64,000 nucleotides of DNA, taken from NCBI GenBank assembly GCA_036172245.1, contig JAYWIR010000019.1, positions 3,038,001 to 3,102,000 of the forward strand. Reading direction: 5' to 3'. The notes below the pieces were generated by a model. That model was not told the origin of the DNA, did not search any database, and worked only from the letters and a program-made list of their open reading frames with translations. Positions within the stretch are counted from its first letter, which is position 1. Every line of letters starts with the position of its first letter. This DNA comes from Raillietiella orientalis. Lineage: Eukaryota. A program made the position numbers and the translations under genes. Shown here piece after piece: positions 27,142 to 39,199 of this stretch.

Positions 27142-27268
27142 ATCACGGGATACTGTGCAGGCTCCTTGTGCCTTGAGGGTGAATAAGTCAGAGAAAAACG
27201 AGACCGGATGCCAGAACAGTGGATACCTGTTTCACTCCAAACCGCAACCCCCCGGTTTGGAATTCCAG
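27142..27268 (+). repeat. Direct repeat copy 1 (partner at 28262-28397)
   Basis: atcacggga..ctgtgcag...cttgtgccttga.ggtga...gaaaaacgagaccgg.tgccaga.cagtggat.cctgtt.cactccaaac...cggtttggaattccag occurs at both sites. Confidence 0.92.
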
Positions 27269-27539
27269 ACAGCACAGCATACCAAGGAGGAAAACACAGA
27301 TCTGTCGATAATTTATAGGAACCTATGCTATGCACTGACTTCTCAGTCCCCACTTTTTTCATTCGGGCCCTAGTTTCCCTAGCCCTAGCCTTTCCCTAGC
27401 CACACTAGTTTCTGTGTCAATGACGGCTTCCGTGCTGGGAAGAAAAGAGGAATGAAGCTCTTGAAGCAAAGCTGCTCAGCGAAGAGAGCTCAATATTGAA
27501 AAGCAGACAGCAACCCATTTGCAAATGGTCGAACCGACG

Positions 27540-27830
27540 CAGCAGATTTCTGCAAAAGTGTGGGGGATGCTGAGGAACAACGCGTGTGGAGGTTGATCCC
27601 GGAATTCCTATTGCCTCCTCCCAGTGGATTCACATTCGGAGCCGCCCTTCTCGCTGCTCCCTTATTCCGTGTCCTCCACTCTTTCCCCGGTTGCTCCTCC
27701 GAGTAAACTGCAAACTGTACACGTTAGGGAGATGGTTTGCTTGCATTGGCCGGACAGGCCGTATGTCGTTTTCCTGCAGGGCTGGAACACCGTGTTGCAC
27801 AGTGTTCCAGCCCTGGTCCTCAGCTCGTCA
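27540..27830 (+). mobile_element. LINE ORF1 zinc-knuckle relic
   Basis: AGQAVCRFPAGLEHRVAQC resembles GQ...C..C...GH....C. Confidence 0.4.
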
Positions 27831-28261
27831 GCAAGTCCTCATCTAACAGCAAATTGATTACAGAATTACTGAGAAAAATTTTCATGTAACGGGTAGAAAC
27901 CTATTCCCGTTTTTGGTGATCCTGGTCACGGAAGGACGGCAATTACTAGGAACCAACTTCCCACCAGCAATGTGCTGGATGACTGAGTACCAAAAGTTCC
28001 CCCGTTATCCTTCGGGAAGTTGCTTTTTCTCCGGTTCTAGCAATCCTTGGAAAGGACAGTGTCTGGTGCACAGAAAAAACTGGCACGGAGAGTGGAAAAC
28101 TTTCCCTAACTGTATGAAAATCAATATTTTGGAACACGACACAGTAGAGCAAAGGATTTATTTTAGAATTTCTTTGAAATGTACAGAGATGTGGGTCTCC
28201 GGGACCTGCGAAGACGTGATCAGGAGAATTGCTTCCGAGAAACAGCTTAATTATCCCACGA

Positions 28262-28397
28262 ATCACGGGATGCTGTGCAGCGACCTAGACTTCTTGTGCC
28301 TTGAAGGTGACTGAGTCAAGGAAAAACGAGACCGGGTGCCAGAGCAGTGGATTCCTGTTCCACTCCAAACTGCGGCCCCCACGGTTTGGAATTCCAG
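28262..28397 (+). repeat. Direct repeat copy 2
   Basis: Same blocks as 27142-27268, with scattered substitutions and a short indel. Confidence 0.92.
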
Positions 28398-28962
28398 GAA
28401 CCCTGCTGCCGACGTGACAGACTTTATCTGGGGCGACCAGCAGGCCGAAGTGGGCAGGAATTCGGGGTTATTCATTCTGAAGCCAATAGCAACGAGATCG
28501 CATTCATTTCTGTCAAGTCTCTCCTGGAGTTTTCAGAGGTCAGATTGGTGGCAGCAGTACAACGCTTTGGGGAGGAGGAGGAGGGGTTGAGGAACGTCAT
28601 GCGAGGTAACACAGTTCAAAGTTCGCCTGGAATCGTCCAATCGAGTACTCGAGAAAATGGGAGCATACTTCTGGTGATGCAGCGTCTCTTGCGCAACCAC
28701 GGAAACATGGGTCCCCTCGTGATGATGATGGGAATGACCCCTTCCGCTCTGAGCATGTGATTCCGCCCATTTTAGCGTTCAGTATGTACAGTTGGAAGGA
28801 GTGCGTTGTTCCCCTTTGGTGTGGATGAAGGACGAAAACCGACGGAGTCGCAGGCACCACAATCCTCCAGTCCTTGTTTCCTGAAAGTTCCTTCCTGTTG
28901 GCTGTATGCAAGTTGATTAGATGCGATTCCGTTAGAAGGAACCCTTTTTTTTTGGCCTTCTT

Positions 28963-29283
28963 TTACGTGACTTTTATGACATAAGAAACCATGACGAGGC
29001 ACCACTCGAGAACGGGAAGATTTTTCCTTCTGGAGAGCGAAGAATTGGGAAGGTACTGCTGCACCGCCGATGAGGATTCTTTACTAAACTTGTGGTACTT
29101 TTCGTACACTGTGATTTCCTTGATCTTCCAGTGGAAGGACGACACCTTCGTTTTACATCTCAGGTTCATCTCCCCTTCATAGAAGTGATCCCTGGTTATG
29201 TAGAATTGCAGTGCTACCGTCGTGGTGTACAGTGAATCCGAACTGCGCACCACCTCGTATTTCTTTAGCATCGAAGGATCAGC
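28963..29283 (-). CDS. beat: Beat-family Ig protein, last coding exon (end of Ig domain 2 plus C-terminal tail)
   Basis: Acceptor cctcttctttcag|GCT (phase 0), 321 nt to TAA. Translation ADPSMLKKYEVVRSSDSLYTTTVALQFYITRDHFYEGEMNLRCKTKV...SSSAVQQYLPNSSLSRRKNLPVLEWCLVMVSYVIKVT*. L.F.....HF..G...L.C is the Beat Ig2 ending and supplies the fourth Cys. Confidence 0.88.
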   Translation of the reverse strand, partial: ADPSMLKKYEVVRSSDSLYTTTVALQFYITRDHFYEGEMNLRCKTKVSSFHWKIKEITVYEKYHKFSKESSSAVQQYLPNSSLSRRKNLPVLEWCLVMVSYVIKVT

Positions 29284-29961
29284 CTGAAAGAAGAGGATTG
29301 GAGCATCGCTCTACGAGAAAATGGAAAAGGAATCCAAATTCACTATATACACTACATCTCTTTCTGAAATGTATTTAATGGACACACGGTCATAACGAAG
29401 ATATGGCCAGTGGTGGAACTACCAGGAGAGCTTAGGGAACTTGAGGGGAAGAGATTTCTGGATAACTCTCAGAATGGTTATGGTCACGTTCGGCTGCAGC
29501 TCATTGCCAGCGAAAATGGTGATCGTACAGCTGCTGGGAGCTACAGGTGGCGAATAGGCTATAGGCGTGGGGTTATAAAAAGTCATAAAAACTAGGTACG
29601 GTAATAAAATCAAATAAAGTATTTGCTATAAGAGCAGGGTTACCAGCTGCTTCCATAAAGACAGGTTCTTAGAATATGCTACCTAGAAAAAGGGTGGTAT
29701 CGATGGAATGACGAATGTCATCGAGCAGTTTGCCTTAGAGTGTTTCGCTCCCGAAGAAAGCTACATAAACACGTAGAAAGCAGCATGGAAGAGGAAGAAA
29801 TGCTCATTTTACTTCGAGTGAAAGGTGGTCCTAGGTCCTTCTAGATCTGAAAAGATTCGCTACCACCCCGGCGTGGCAACGCAAACAAGGCAGCAACTCC
29901 CCATTGCTGCTATCTCACAAACCAGTTCCTCCTATCATTACTAGTGGACACCGGTACTTAC

Positions 29962-30089
29962 TTTTTCTTCGTTGACAAACCACTCGATCTCGGAAATGGG
30001 GTACGATTCGAAAGAAGTGCAGTTCAAGTCCAGATACTCCATCTCTTCATACATCAGTCTATTCCTTTCGATGACTGGGTCATGCAGAA
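29962..30089 (-). CDS. beat: Beat-family Ig protein, coding exon (first half of Ig domain 2)
   Basis: Not in the ORF track; found by manual translation. Acceptor ctcttgcag|TT (phase 1, G+TT=Val), donor AAA|gtaagt (phase 0), 128 nt. Translation (V)LHDPVIERNRLMYEEMEYLDLNCTSFESYPISEIEWFVNEEK matches P.I......Y.......NCTS..S.P.....W..N. Confidence 0.9.
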
Positions 30090-30959
30090 CTGCAAGAGAT
30101 GTGACCAGTGATTCCTCAAGCCCGTATGCGCTGCCATTTTATCGCGAATTCATCTCCAAAGTATCAGCGAATGAACAGTTACAGGAGATTCGTTGATTTA
30201 GCTGGAATTCGATGTCGCAATTTTTTTTTTTTTTTTTTTTTTCGGGTTCTTTCTAGGTTTTTGGAAACGTCCGCCGCTCGGTTCATCAGACTCTTTGCAA
30301 GGCATGGTTCTCGGGGCCTCGATTGCTCTCTCCATAACGAGGGAATTCCGAGGTTTGCCACTCTTCCTTCGAATTGCAAGGCTGGACGGCGACGCGTTCT
30401 CTCTCTTCCATCTACGTTAATCAAGTTGCGTCTGGTGCCGAAATTTAAACGATGCCCCAGAAAGAACGCGCGAAGATGTGCTATGCAAATGATGTTTTTT
30501 TTTTCTTTCTTCTTCTTCTTTGAAAGAGAAAAAAAAAAAAAAAAATGGCGTGCATAATGATGCATAACATTGCGCATACGAATGCCGCAAGTAGAGGCCA
30601 AAAGTTATAGAATGGCTCTTCTACCGTGAGGTAGGGATCGGCGAAAAGCCGAGAGCGCACGACAGCTCTTTTCCGCGGCTGGAAACGCGCATCTTACGTG
30701 ACCGTCATTTCGGCTTAATTCTTTCGGATAAAAAAAATCTACGCCAAAATGTCGGTATTCCCGACAGCTCTCTCTCTCTCTCTGATCGACAAAAATCCAT
30801 TAGGCAAGAGTTACTGAGATGTAGTAGTAGTTACGAGGATGTCGAGAATCCAGCTAAAACTGACTCATTCCTCTGGATATGTCAAAAGACATCTGCAGAG
30901 TGCAAATCAAACATTCGATTCAATCTCAGACGCTCAAGATGTCGGAAAGGCAATCTCAC

Positions 30960-31095
30960 CGTAGATGTTCATTTTCTCTTTTCTCACAGCAGTCCGAAAC
31001 AAAGGTCCTTCTCCTGAGACTTCGCATTTGTAAATTCCAGCACTCTTCCTACTGACGTTCAGCAAAATCACAGTGTATTGATCAGATCTGGGGAC
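30960..31095 (-). CDS. beat: Beat-family Ig protein, coding exon (second half of Ig domain 1)
   Basis: Acceptor ttttgtttaag|GTC (phase 0, matches the previous donor), donor TAC G|gtgaga (phase 1), 136 nt. Translation VPRSDQYTVILLNVSRKSAGIYKCEVSGEGPLFRTAVRKEKMNIY contains the Beat G.Y.CEVS.E.P.F.T motif. Confidence 0.92.
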
Positions 31096-31334
31096 CTTAA
31101 ACAAAACTTCTTTAAAAGTGGAGAGCGGAACTTCTTTAAGAATCTGCAGGGGAAGATTCGAATCCAAGCGACACTTGCACTCGAATCCATCTGGATCTTT
31201 TCAAGCATCTTCGCTTGTGTTTGGTTAGTTCCCTGTTTGGATCGGGCGGATGGAATTTTTGCATGTTTTGGAAAGAAAGGGGGGGATGGAGGTGGAGGAA
31301 AGGGACAAGGAAGAGTTACATTTCCATTCAAATA

Positions 31335-31800
31335 GCTCACGGCGTCGGCTGCCCGGAGATCACGAGGACGCCTTGGGAACCGGGAAATGGAATGAAGCTC
31401 TGGCCAGAGTTGAGGCAAACGCCGTTTTGAGTTTCGCGGCACCTCTCAGAGAGTACCGGCGACCACTTGAAGAAACGAGAGGGATCAGAGAAGAAGGGGC
31501 GGGCCTACGATGTACAAAAAGTAGTTCCATGCATATCCATGCGCGGTCTCGAACCATTTGCTAAGCGCTGGTTCCCTCAGCCAGCACTTGAGGAGGCTGC
31601 AATGCAAGCCACAGGTCCAGGAGCCAAAGCGGGGAAGGAAGCGGTGGGAAAGAGTGGCTTTCGAAAGATGTCCTGCTCGATGTCCTTGCCTGCAGCGAAC
31701 GCTACGTTTCGTCAGTCGTTGAACGACAACGCGAAAGTGCAACCCCAGGATGGTGGTGGTGATGTCCACGAAAAGTGCTTCCACTCCTTCCTACCGCACT
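31335..31800 (+). mobile_element. L1/Tx1-like APE C-terminus and linker relic, inside a beat intron
   Basis: PGDHEDALGTGKWNEAL resembles SDH......G.G.WK.N. Confidence 0.4.
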
Positions 31801-32309
31801 TGTAAAGCCAACGGCGAAGAAGAGCGCAAAGAGCTGTTCCCCCCTGAATTCCGTTCCGCCTTCCACAGAGTACCGGGACGTGCGACCGACTCGTTCTTAA
31901 TAATAATTTTCGCTTAGCGAGCGACTGTCCAGGGGAAAAGACATCGCGACCAATGGATTGCATCCTCACGCGTCGGCCGAATCTTAATTACTGATATTTT
32001 CGTTTGCTTCAAGTCAGAACTTGCCGGGATTTTCCCATCGATTAGATGAGTCCCTTGGCCGGTTCGGCCAGCAGCCGCTCCTGGTTTCTCAAGTTCATTT
32101 CGTCCGCTCCCGGTTGCGATTGGCAAGGAGAACGAATGCGATCTGCGACGGCGAAACGCTGGGCTGCTGAATCCGAAATCTGAGGCGCCTTACTCGTGTT
32201 TGCTAGCAGCTCAAGCGGCCTCGAACAGGGCCTTTGGGTTGTTTGCCCCTGGCTGCCCCCATGATGAAAGACAAGCTGCTCATTCGTGTTATCGTAGCAA
32301 GTTGTTCAG

Positions 32310-33050
32310 CCCTACAGGCCATCTTCACCGAGTTCGTAGTTGTTTGAAAACGCGAGTTCTCTCGTTCCTTTCTTATTTATTGTCCTGCATGCTGGACATC
32401 GTGAGGTGGAAGTCGCATTTCTTGTCCTTGCGGTTCGAAATTCGAAAATTAGCATCCAAAAGTCATTTTAGATACGGATTCAGCCTGGAACCGTAGGAAC
32501 ACAAAGTCCCCGACTGTTCTTGAAAGGATCGGGGAAGAGCATCTGCCCATGCTGTGCCCTTCGATCTATTTCGATGGGAATCTCTAACCTGAGCGGGTCG
32601 TAACAGAAACCACAGGCTTTAGGGGTGAGAAAAGGGAAAAGCTGAACTCCGTTCAAACAACCCAGGGACCGCCTTTGGATTGGCTGCTGCCGCTGCACCG
32701 ACTGCACGAGTCCACCAGATGCGTGAAAGCAGGTGTAGTGCTATCCAAATAGGTCGGAAATAGGAAGGCTTCAAGGCTTTCTCTTGGTGCCTTTCGTCCG
32801 CTTTCGTAGGATCACGGAGACTTCTTTGACGCAACAGCAGCATTCGACACACGATTTTGCCTTCAGCAACTTCGCTTCTAGATCTCAATTCAAGGCCATC
32901 CTTCTCAACTGGGTTTAAGGCGGAAGGAGAGAAGAGGTCGTGAATGCTTTCGAACACGAGCTCGCTTGTCCCCATTTATTGTCCTGTGCGTTTGAGATCA
33001 TAGAGTAAGAGTCACATTTCTCGCTCATGTGGTTCGAAATTCAAAATCGG
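32310..33050 (-). mobile_element. Non-LTR RT N-terminal relic (R2-like), with a local duplication
   Basis: KPSYFRPIWIALHLLSRI is an RT domain 1 FRPI motif. About 32340-32450 and 32945-33048 are diverged direct repeats. Confidence 0.5.
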
Positions 33051-34447
33051 TGCTGCTTCGTACGTAGACCAATGCAGCAGTTGTTGAAGGCGCTTCTTTT
33101 GGAAAAAAAACGACACGCCCCTCTCTCATTTGATGGAAAGACTACAAACCTTTTCTCAAATTTCAATCTGGACGGCATGCTTGGCCAATGAGTGCTTCAC
33201 GCATTTTATTATAATTATAACTTTCAAAGTTCGCATCCAAATCTCATGCCAACGAACCAAAGAGTCGGGAGTTTAACCTGTACGAATCCAGAAAAAATCC
33301 CCTTTAGCTACCATGGGAAAGAGAGAGCGAAGAAGGGAGGGCACCAGTAAGCTATCCCCACGGTATCCACACATCCATGTGCTCTCAAGTCTGAAAGTGC
33401 TTCAACCTCTGTTCCTAAATTCGCTTTCCGTAAGCACAAAATAGGTAATGTCGACCGCGTCTTTGGGACCACTTGAAACATGCAGAAAACACAGGGACTT
33501 CCCCTGACTTGGCCGTGTCATCAAGAAAGTCGAATAGGTGATATGCGCCCTAGTTTTACTCAATCTTACAGCTATCGTTTCGAAGATGTGTGGTAGCGAT
33601 GACTTCAGGAAGAGCAGGCGAGCAGCCTAATGGAACCGTCTATTAGAATGGAAGAAAAGGTTGCTGGACCACTTTATCCTATAGTAATAAACGCCTACGA
33701 AATGCTCGGCTTGCATCCTCCAAAGGAAAAAAACAGACGTAGGAATTTGCAACGTGCAGAAGTAGCACGCCGAAGCTGTCACAGGAGACTTTGAGGGCTC
33801 AGTCCATGGAGCAGGAATTTATAGCAGTAATTAGTAAGAAAGAGTTTGTTAATTCGCCACTGACGACAAATTCAATTCTTCGCCTTTGCAATTTACGTAT
33901 GCAACCCGAAAATATCTCGGGCGGTGGCTGAAGAGAAGTTTGCATTCGGTGCAGCGGCCACGTGAACAAACGTAACGAATCAATCTTGTCTTTGTCAAAA
34001 GGACAAAACGAACATTCCCACTCTGGCACCATTAATCAGCTTCCACTTTTTCGGGAGAAAAGATATATTGGTCATATGAACCTCATGAGAATAGTGAAAT
34101 TAAAAGTCCAGAAAACCTTGCCAAGAAAGATCGTCAGCACAGCTCTACGCAGAGGAAATGCCTTTTTCTTTTTTTTTTTTACTGTGACTTACGACAAGTG
34201 GTCTGATCAGCACGTGATGTTTCCTATGCACATCATTTGCAACACGTGCTCTTTGCTCGTTGGAACTGAACTGTGGCGTGTTTGCATCCATTTTGGTGGA
34301 CGCGAACGCGAGTGTTTCATTCGTGGCGGACTCAGAAAGAAAGGAAGGAGAAAAGAAAAAAACTTGCAGGTTTTTGAAACCAACCACTGTCCATTCATCA
34401 TATTTTGGCTTTCTCTGCAAAGTGCTCAAATATCAAAAGATTCTTAC

Positions 34448-34650
34448 GTCCACGGTCACTCCTTCCAAGGAGAATATTTGGATGGGAGACACCTTCGAAG
34501 GCATGTAACGGTAGAACTCTTTTTCGTTCTTGTACCATTTGTAAGAATACAAGATGTGTTCGTTCAAGATGTAGTTGCAGAGAAGGCGAGCTTCGCTCCC
34601 CAGCAAAACTTCCTTAGGGACGAAAAAGCTGGTTATATTCAGCGAGGACT
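34448..34650 (-). CDS. beat: Beat-family Ig protein, coding exon (first half of Ig domain 1)
   Basis: Acceptor ctttcctgtttcag|AG (phase 1), donor GAC|gtaaga (phase 0), 203 nt. Translation SSLNITSFFVPKEVLLGSEARLLCNYILNEHILYSYKWYKNEKEFYRYMPSKVSPIQIFSLEGVTVD matches the Beat Ig1 pattern L.C.Y.L....LYS.KWYK...EFYRY.P...P...F...G..VD. Symbol is family-level only; subfamily not assigned. Confidence 0.93.
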
Positions 34651-36249
34651 CTGAAACAGGAAAGAACACCATCAAGAACGCCGTATCAGGTACAGTCCAG
34701 AAAGGCACCAAATTCACACCATGCTGGGAGCAAGAAGAAAAACGCTTCTCGCCTTTGCATCCAAGTTCTCTCTCTCTCTCTCTCTCTCTCTTTTATCCAA
34801 AAGAGAAATACATTTTTATTCGAATGCTGATTCGTAATTTGGATACAGATGAGGTGACTGGTCTCGCCTAACGGAGATTCCATCTGTTTCGATAGAAGAA
34901 AAGGCCATTATTTTTGGATGGATTTCGGATAAACTGATTCTGTCGATAGCAACAAGCTCTGGTGGGTTTCCCGACAGGAAGGCTCGGATACGCGAGGCAT
35001 TCTGATCTTTCACTGAGTGCCTGTGCGAGGTGCGGAGTTGGAAAAAGGACAGCACGTGGCAGAGCAACGAGATCCTTGCTCATGGGCAAGGTTCATTTCC
35101 AGTCGTAAGCCAGAAGATTGTGTTTGCGGGCACTCTGATTTGTGTCCGTGAATTCACACTGGGAGGGAAGGGACTTCTGATGAATCCACTGATCGTGGAT
35201 GAGCTGCAATCCCACCTCAGCCCCTTCCCAATGTAAGTGCACCCGGTCCTTTCTTTCCTCGGTTCTTCGCTGGACGAACCCCTTGGGTTGGACCTCTGAT
35301 TGGATTCGCACCGACCTCACGACCCACGACCGTTCCCGCTGCCGCGGCACCCTAACTGTTTGCTTCCGTTTTCGAATGATGCCCTACGAAACCCACCTCA
35401 GCCTCGAATCCTCGCGTTTCAGCTCACACGAAAAGTGCAAAGCAAGAAGCTCGAGAGAACCCCGCAGAGGCTGGTCTCGGTAAAAGAGTTCGGGTCCCCA
35501 GCGGAATTTTCGTGGGGTACGTGAGGAGGAGGGGCGAACTGGGGGCAGAACCGCGAAATGCTGCGTAAGGAGCTACTTGTGCGCGTGTGCATTGTGTGCA
35601 CTGCTCGGCACCCAGGTGTGAGGCAGGGAGACCAATAACTGCGAAACTGACGCGAAGAAGATCGAAAGCTGCCTCTTGGGGTCCGGGATGCCGAAAGCTG
35701 AAGCAACAAAGGGGTGAAAAAAGAGAGAGAGAGAGAGAAGTGGGTTCTGCTACGTGAAGGTTGAACGGAAACTGCTTTTCCCTTGTCTGGAAGACCGTGA
35801 CGCTCTAAACAGGATGGACCAAGCTGACTGAAAGCAGGAAGAAGACAGGCGGATGGATTGAGCATGGGCGGTGGACTCAAAGAGGAAGAAACTTCACCGG
35901 GAAACCACACGGGAAGCTGCTCGCGGCCGCATACAAGGAATGGAGCCTCGAAAATCCACGTGGCAGGGAAGAAAACGCAGGCGGCAGGAAAGCGCATGGT
36001 GCAGGCGTTTTGTCCAACAGACAGAGAGAGATGAAATCCAGCCTATTTGTTGCGAGTCCTCTCTGATGTTTGGAAGTGGGGCAAAGCAGCAGAAGACGAC
36101 TGAAATACTTCTGCGATTCTATCCTGAAGAACAAAATCGGAGTTGAGGAAGTGGAGGGAGGGGGGAAGCGTCTTCCGGTAGGATCTTCGATTTGTTTTGC
36201 GACCTTAGACTGGAATTTTTCAGGAATCGTCGGAGCTATAGTCTCGCGT

Positions 36250-36500
36250 CAGTCATCATCATTGGCAGCGCCGAGAGTCCCTCCCAACGCGCGCACACGT
36301 TTCAGCACGCAATCATCATCAAGTAGTGGCTCTACACAGTGTACGGACTCGGAACACTTGAGCAAACGTTGCGGACCGTCGCCTTCATTGCCACCGGCCC
36401 TGCAAGCAGGTAACACCGTTTGCGTGGGTCCGACGTTCGTGGCCAAAATCCCCGCGGTATGGAAGGTAAGAACGGAATCTCTGATTCTCCGTCCTGCATC
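36250..36500 (-). mobile_element. LINE ORF1 (I/R1/Jockey-type) triple zinc-knuckle relic
   Basis: DPRKRCY..., QRLLKCSESVH, ...LGGTLGAA echo P.RC..C/C.KC...H/CGG.H.A. Degenerate. Confidence 0.35.
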
Positions 36501-37899
36501 AGATGCGAATCAGCAAAAACGAGAACACATCCGTGCACTGCGCTTCCGCTTTGTGGATCTGGATTTGAGATTCCAGCCGAAATGACAGTCCCTGAATGCC
36601 TTTCTCTTCCTTCCTTCCGTCATGAAAGAAGTCGAGTAAAAGACGCTTTGAAAGACGATCCTTAGTACAGAAACATTACTTCTGTATTCACTTATTTATT
36701 TATTTATTTTTTTTCTCCTTCTTTTCTTTCATCTTTGTCTTCACTCGGATGTCTCTTTAGGAACCGTTCTACACGAGTTCTTCGTGTTTCGTCTTCATGA
36801 GCAATCAAGACAGAAGCAATTCAGTCAATGGGATGGATGGGATGTCTCTGAATCGAAAGACATCCTATCTGAATGCTTTTTTTCTGAAGCTCTCTTTGGC
36901 GCTGCTCCACCTCGTCGCGTCTTTTCCTCCACGTGCATGACTTTTGGAGAAGGAATTATATTTGGTGATGCAGCTCGTCGATGATCTGTCGAGAAAAGGG
37001 CAGCAACCATAACACATCCCTGCATCACACGTGTCTGCACCTTTCTATCCCTCGAGAAGCCGTACCTTTTGATCATCACACGGTACCAGAATTATGGAAT
37101 GCCCAGCATAGGGCACTGATGCAGACGTATGTGGAGTGCTCGAACTGCCTGAACGACCCGGAATCGTGAAGTAGGGCGGCATCAACTTTCAAATTAAGGA
37201 CGGTCCGCGAAGTGAGTATATGGAAGTACTTTCAGCATCAATACTGTATCACTTCTTGCATCTCCTCAGAATGACGTTTTTTTTTTTGTGTAATTTGTCT
37301 TGCTTTTAATTTTCTGTGTGCGTGTGCACAGAAATGATCGATAAAACACATGCATTCACGGGCACGCATAGACGACTCATATGTGCATCTTACGCACTTT
37401 AGTGTTCAGAAGACAAAGACGTGCATGCGTGGACTCACACACATTTATGAGTTTTTTACGTGTTTGTGATGGGTTTGCGCTCAACGTGAGGACACCGAGC
37501 ATGGAAGTAAAGAGAAATCGTGAATCTCTTTCGAGATCTTTTCAGGTTTTCCCTCCGGGAGCGAAAGCAGGAGCCAGTCTCGCGTTCACCCTCTCCGAAA
37601 GGCTTTCAGCAACTTATCAGCCATCTAAAGCTGAAAATCATCCTGAAAATTAGAATAATCAAAAAAAAAATAAAAAAAAAAGGAAAGGAAAGGAAAGGAA
37701 AGGAAAGCATCTCAACTTTGCATTGGTCCTTTCACTTGTTTGTTTGAAGAATGTAAGAATTTGTTTCGTTCCACGGCAGCATGATGATCAATTGCAAACT
37801 GGAAAATTCAATCAAGAACCAAACTTTCCTTAATGCACCGGAAAAAAAGATCACCATTGGAATCTTACGGTGATTTCTATGGGAACCATCCGCATGGGA

Positions 37900-38400
37900 G
37901 CTAAATTCATCCAGGAGATTTGTATGGGGCTGCAGGACCCGCACTGTGTGGCCGACAAGCCTCCGATCTCTATGGTGCTCTGTGCGACATTCCGTTCTTC
38001 GGCAGAATGTTCCTTTCTTGGGAAGCACGTTTCATGACAAGAGAAAAGGAAAAAGAAAAATCGGACGGACCCACCCCCAGGCGGTCGGTGCTTGCCGCGG
38101 AGGAGTTCCCGTAGGGATTCGGCCGTTCCGATCCACCAAAAAGTACGCGCACTCTCCTGCTAGTGTTCCTTTTCGCCAGCCTTGCGCTTGGATGACCTCC
38201 AGGAAACATTTCCAGTATTTCGTCGCGATTCAAAGTGCTTCTCCCTTCAAGCACGTGCTCTCGATTCTCTTGCTTCTCCCCCCGGGGTCCGTCGCCTTTT
38301 CCTGCAGCACGGACTGAATTGCTCTGAAAACGGGCGTGGCGACTTCATCTGAAGATCACCACGAAGCTATGGAGCCCGGTTCCGAAAGTTTACGGGAACC
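37900..38400 (+). mobile_element. LINE APE endonuclease relic
   Basis: DLYGA (N.YAP-like), VLAAEEF (GDFN-like) and SEDH (SDH-like) in order. Confidence 0.35.
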
Positions 38401-39199
38401 AAACGATCGAAGAATTTTCGAAAGATGCAATTTTGGTTTTTCAAGGGGCCCGTTGGAGTGCGCCTGCTGTATGAAGAAAATTCCAGAACGAAACTTCTTT
38501 TCGAACCCTATGCTATCTCACTATTTGACATGCTACCCTCTTAAGCATCTTAAGTAAGAAACCTGCCCCGAGGAATAGTTCGCAATTGATAGTATCTAAA
38601 AGTGTTTGAGAGTAGGCAGGAAAAAAATCTCATTTCCCCGATAGCAAGAAAGACCATTACAAGATGTACTTCATCTCCTGAATTTTTAGGGCGAGAGAAT
38701 ATCTGCCTGAACATTCTGCAGCATCGACATCTGCAACACATCTGATGCTCTTTCGGCGAGAAACTTGGAATCATTACTCTTAAACTAAACAAAACCGTAC
38801 TCTTCTTCTTCCTCAAATGCCGAGAGCATTTCCTGCTTCAGAATTCCTCCAAGGATCCTTTTTTTCGATTTTTTTTGTGATACATTAAATTTCATTTGCA
38901 ACAAATTTAATTCACTCCTTCAGTTCCTGCGACAGTGACAGAAAGTCTTCCGTATGCTACTTTTGCATCGGTTTGCAGAAGTGACAAGACAGATGCATTT
39001 TCACTCCTTGAATCCATTGTGAACGCTATAAAAAAAACATGGAAGAATCTCTTCACCACTGAAAAAACTCCCGAAATTCATGACTGCCAGGCAGCGCGAA
39101 TCTTCACATATGCACTGAATAGATCCAATTCATTACGCTTCCTCCGTAGATGCTTTCGATGAACATCACATTCTCATTGCATTTCCTGGATCTACTGAG

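Noticed and set aside
29419..29613. Minus-strand ORF as the missing beat Ig2 exon
   Set aside because: It has no NCTS/W motif; the real exon is 30089-29962, with matching phases.
33962..34654. 230-aa plus-strand ORF, the longest in the track
   Set aside because: It is antisense to the beat Ig1 exon and intron, includes a poly-T-derived Phe run, and has no motifs.
34686..34760. MQRREAFFFLLPAW as a nearby beat signal exon
   Set aside because: The hydrophobic core is short. One donor would create TAG, and the other is poor and gives a very short intron.
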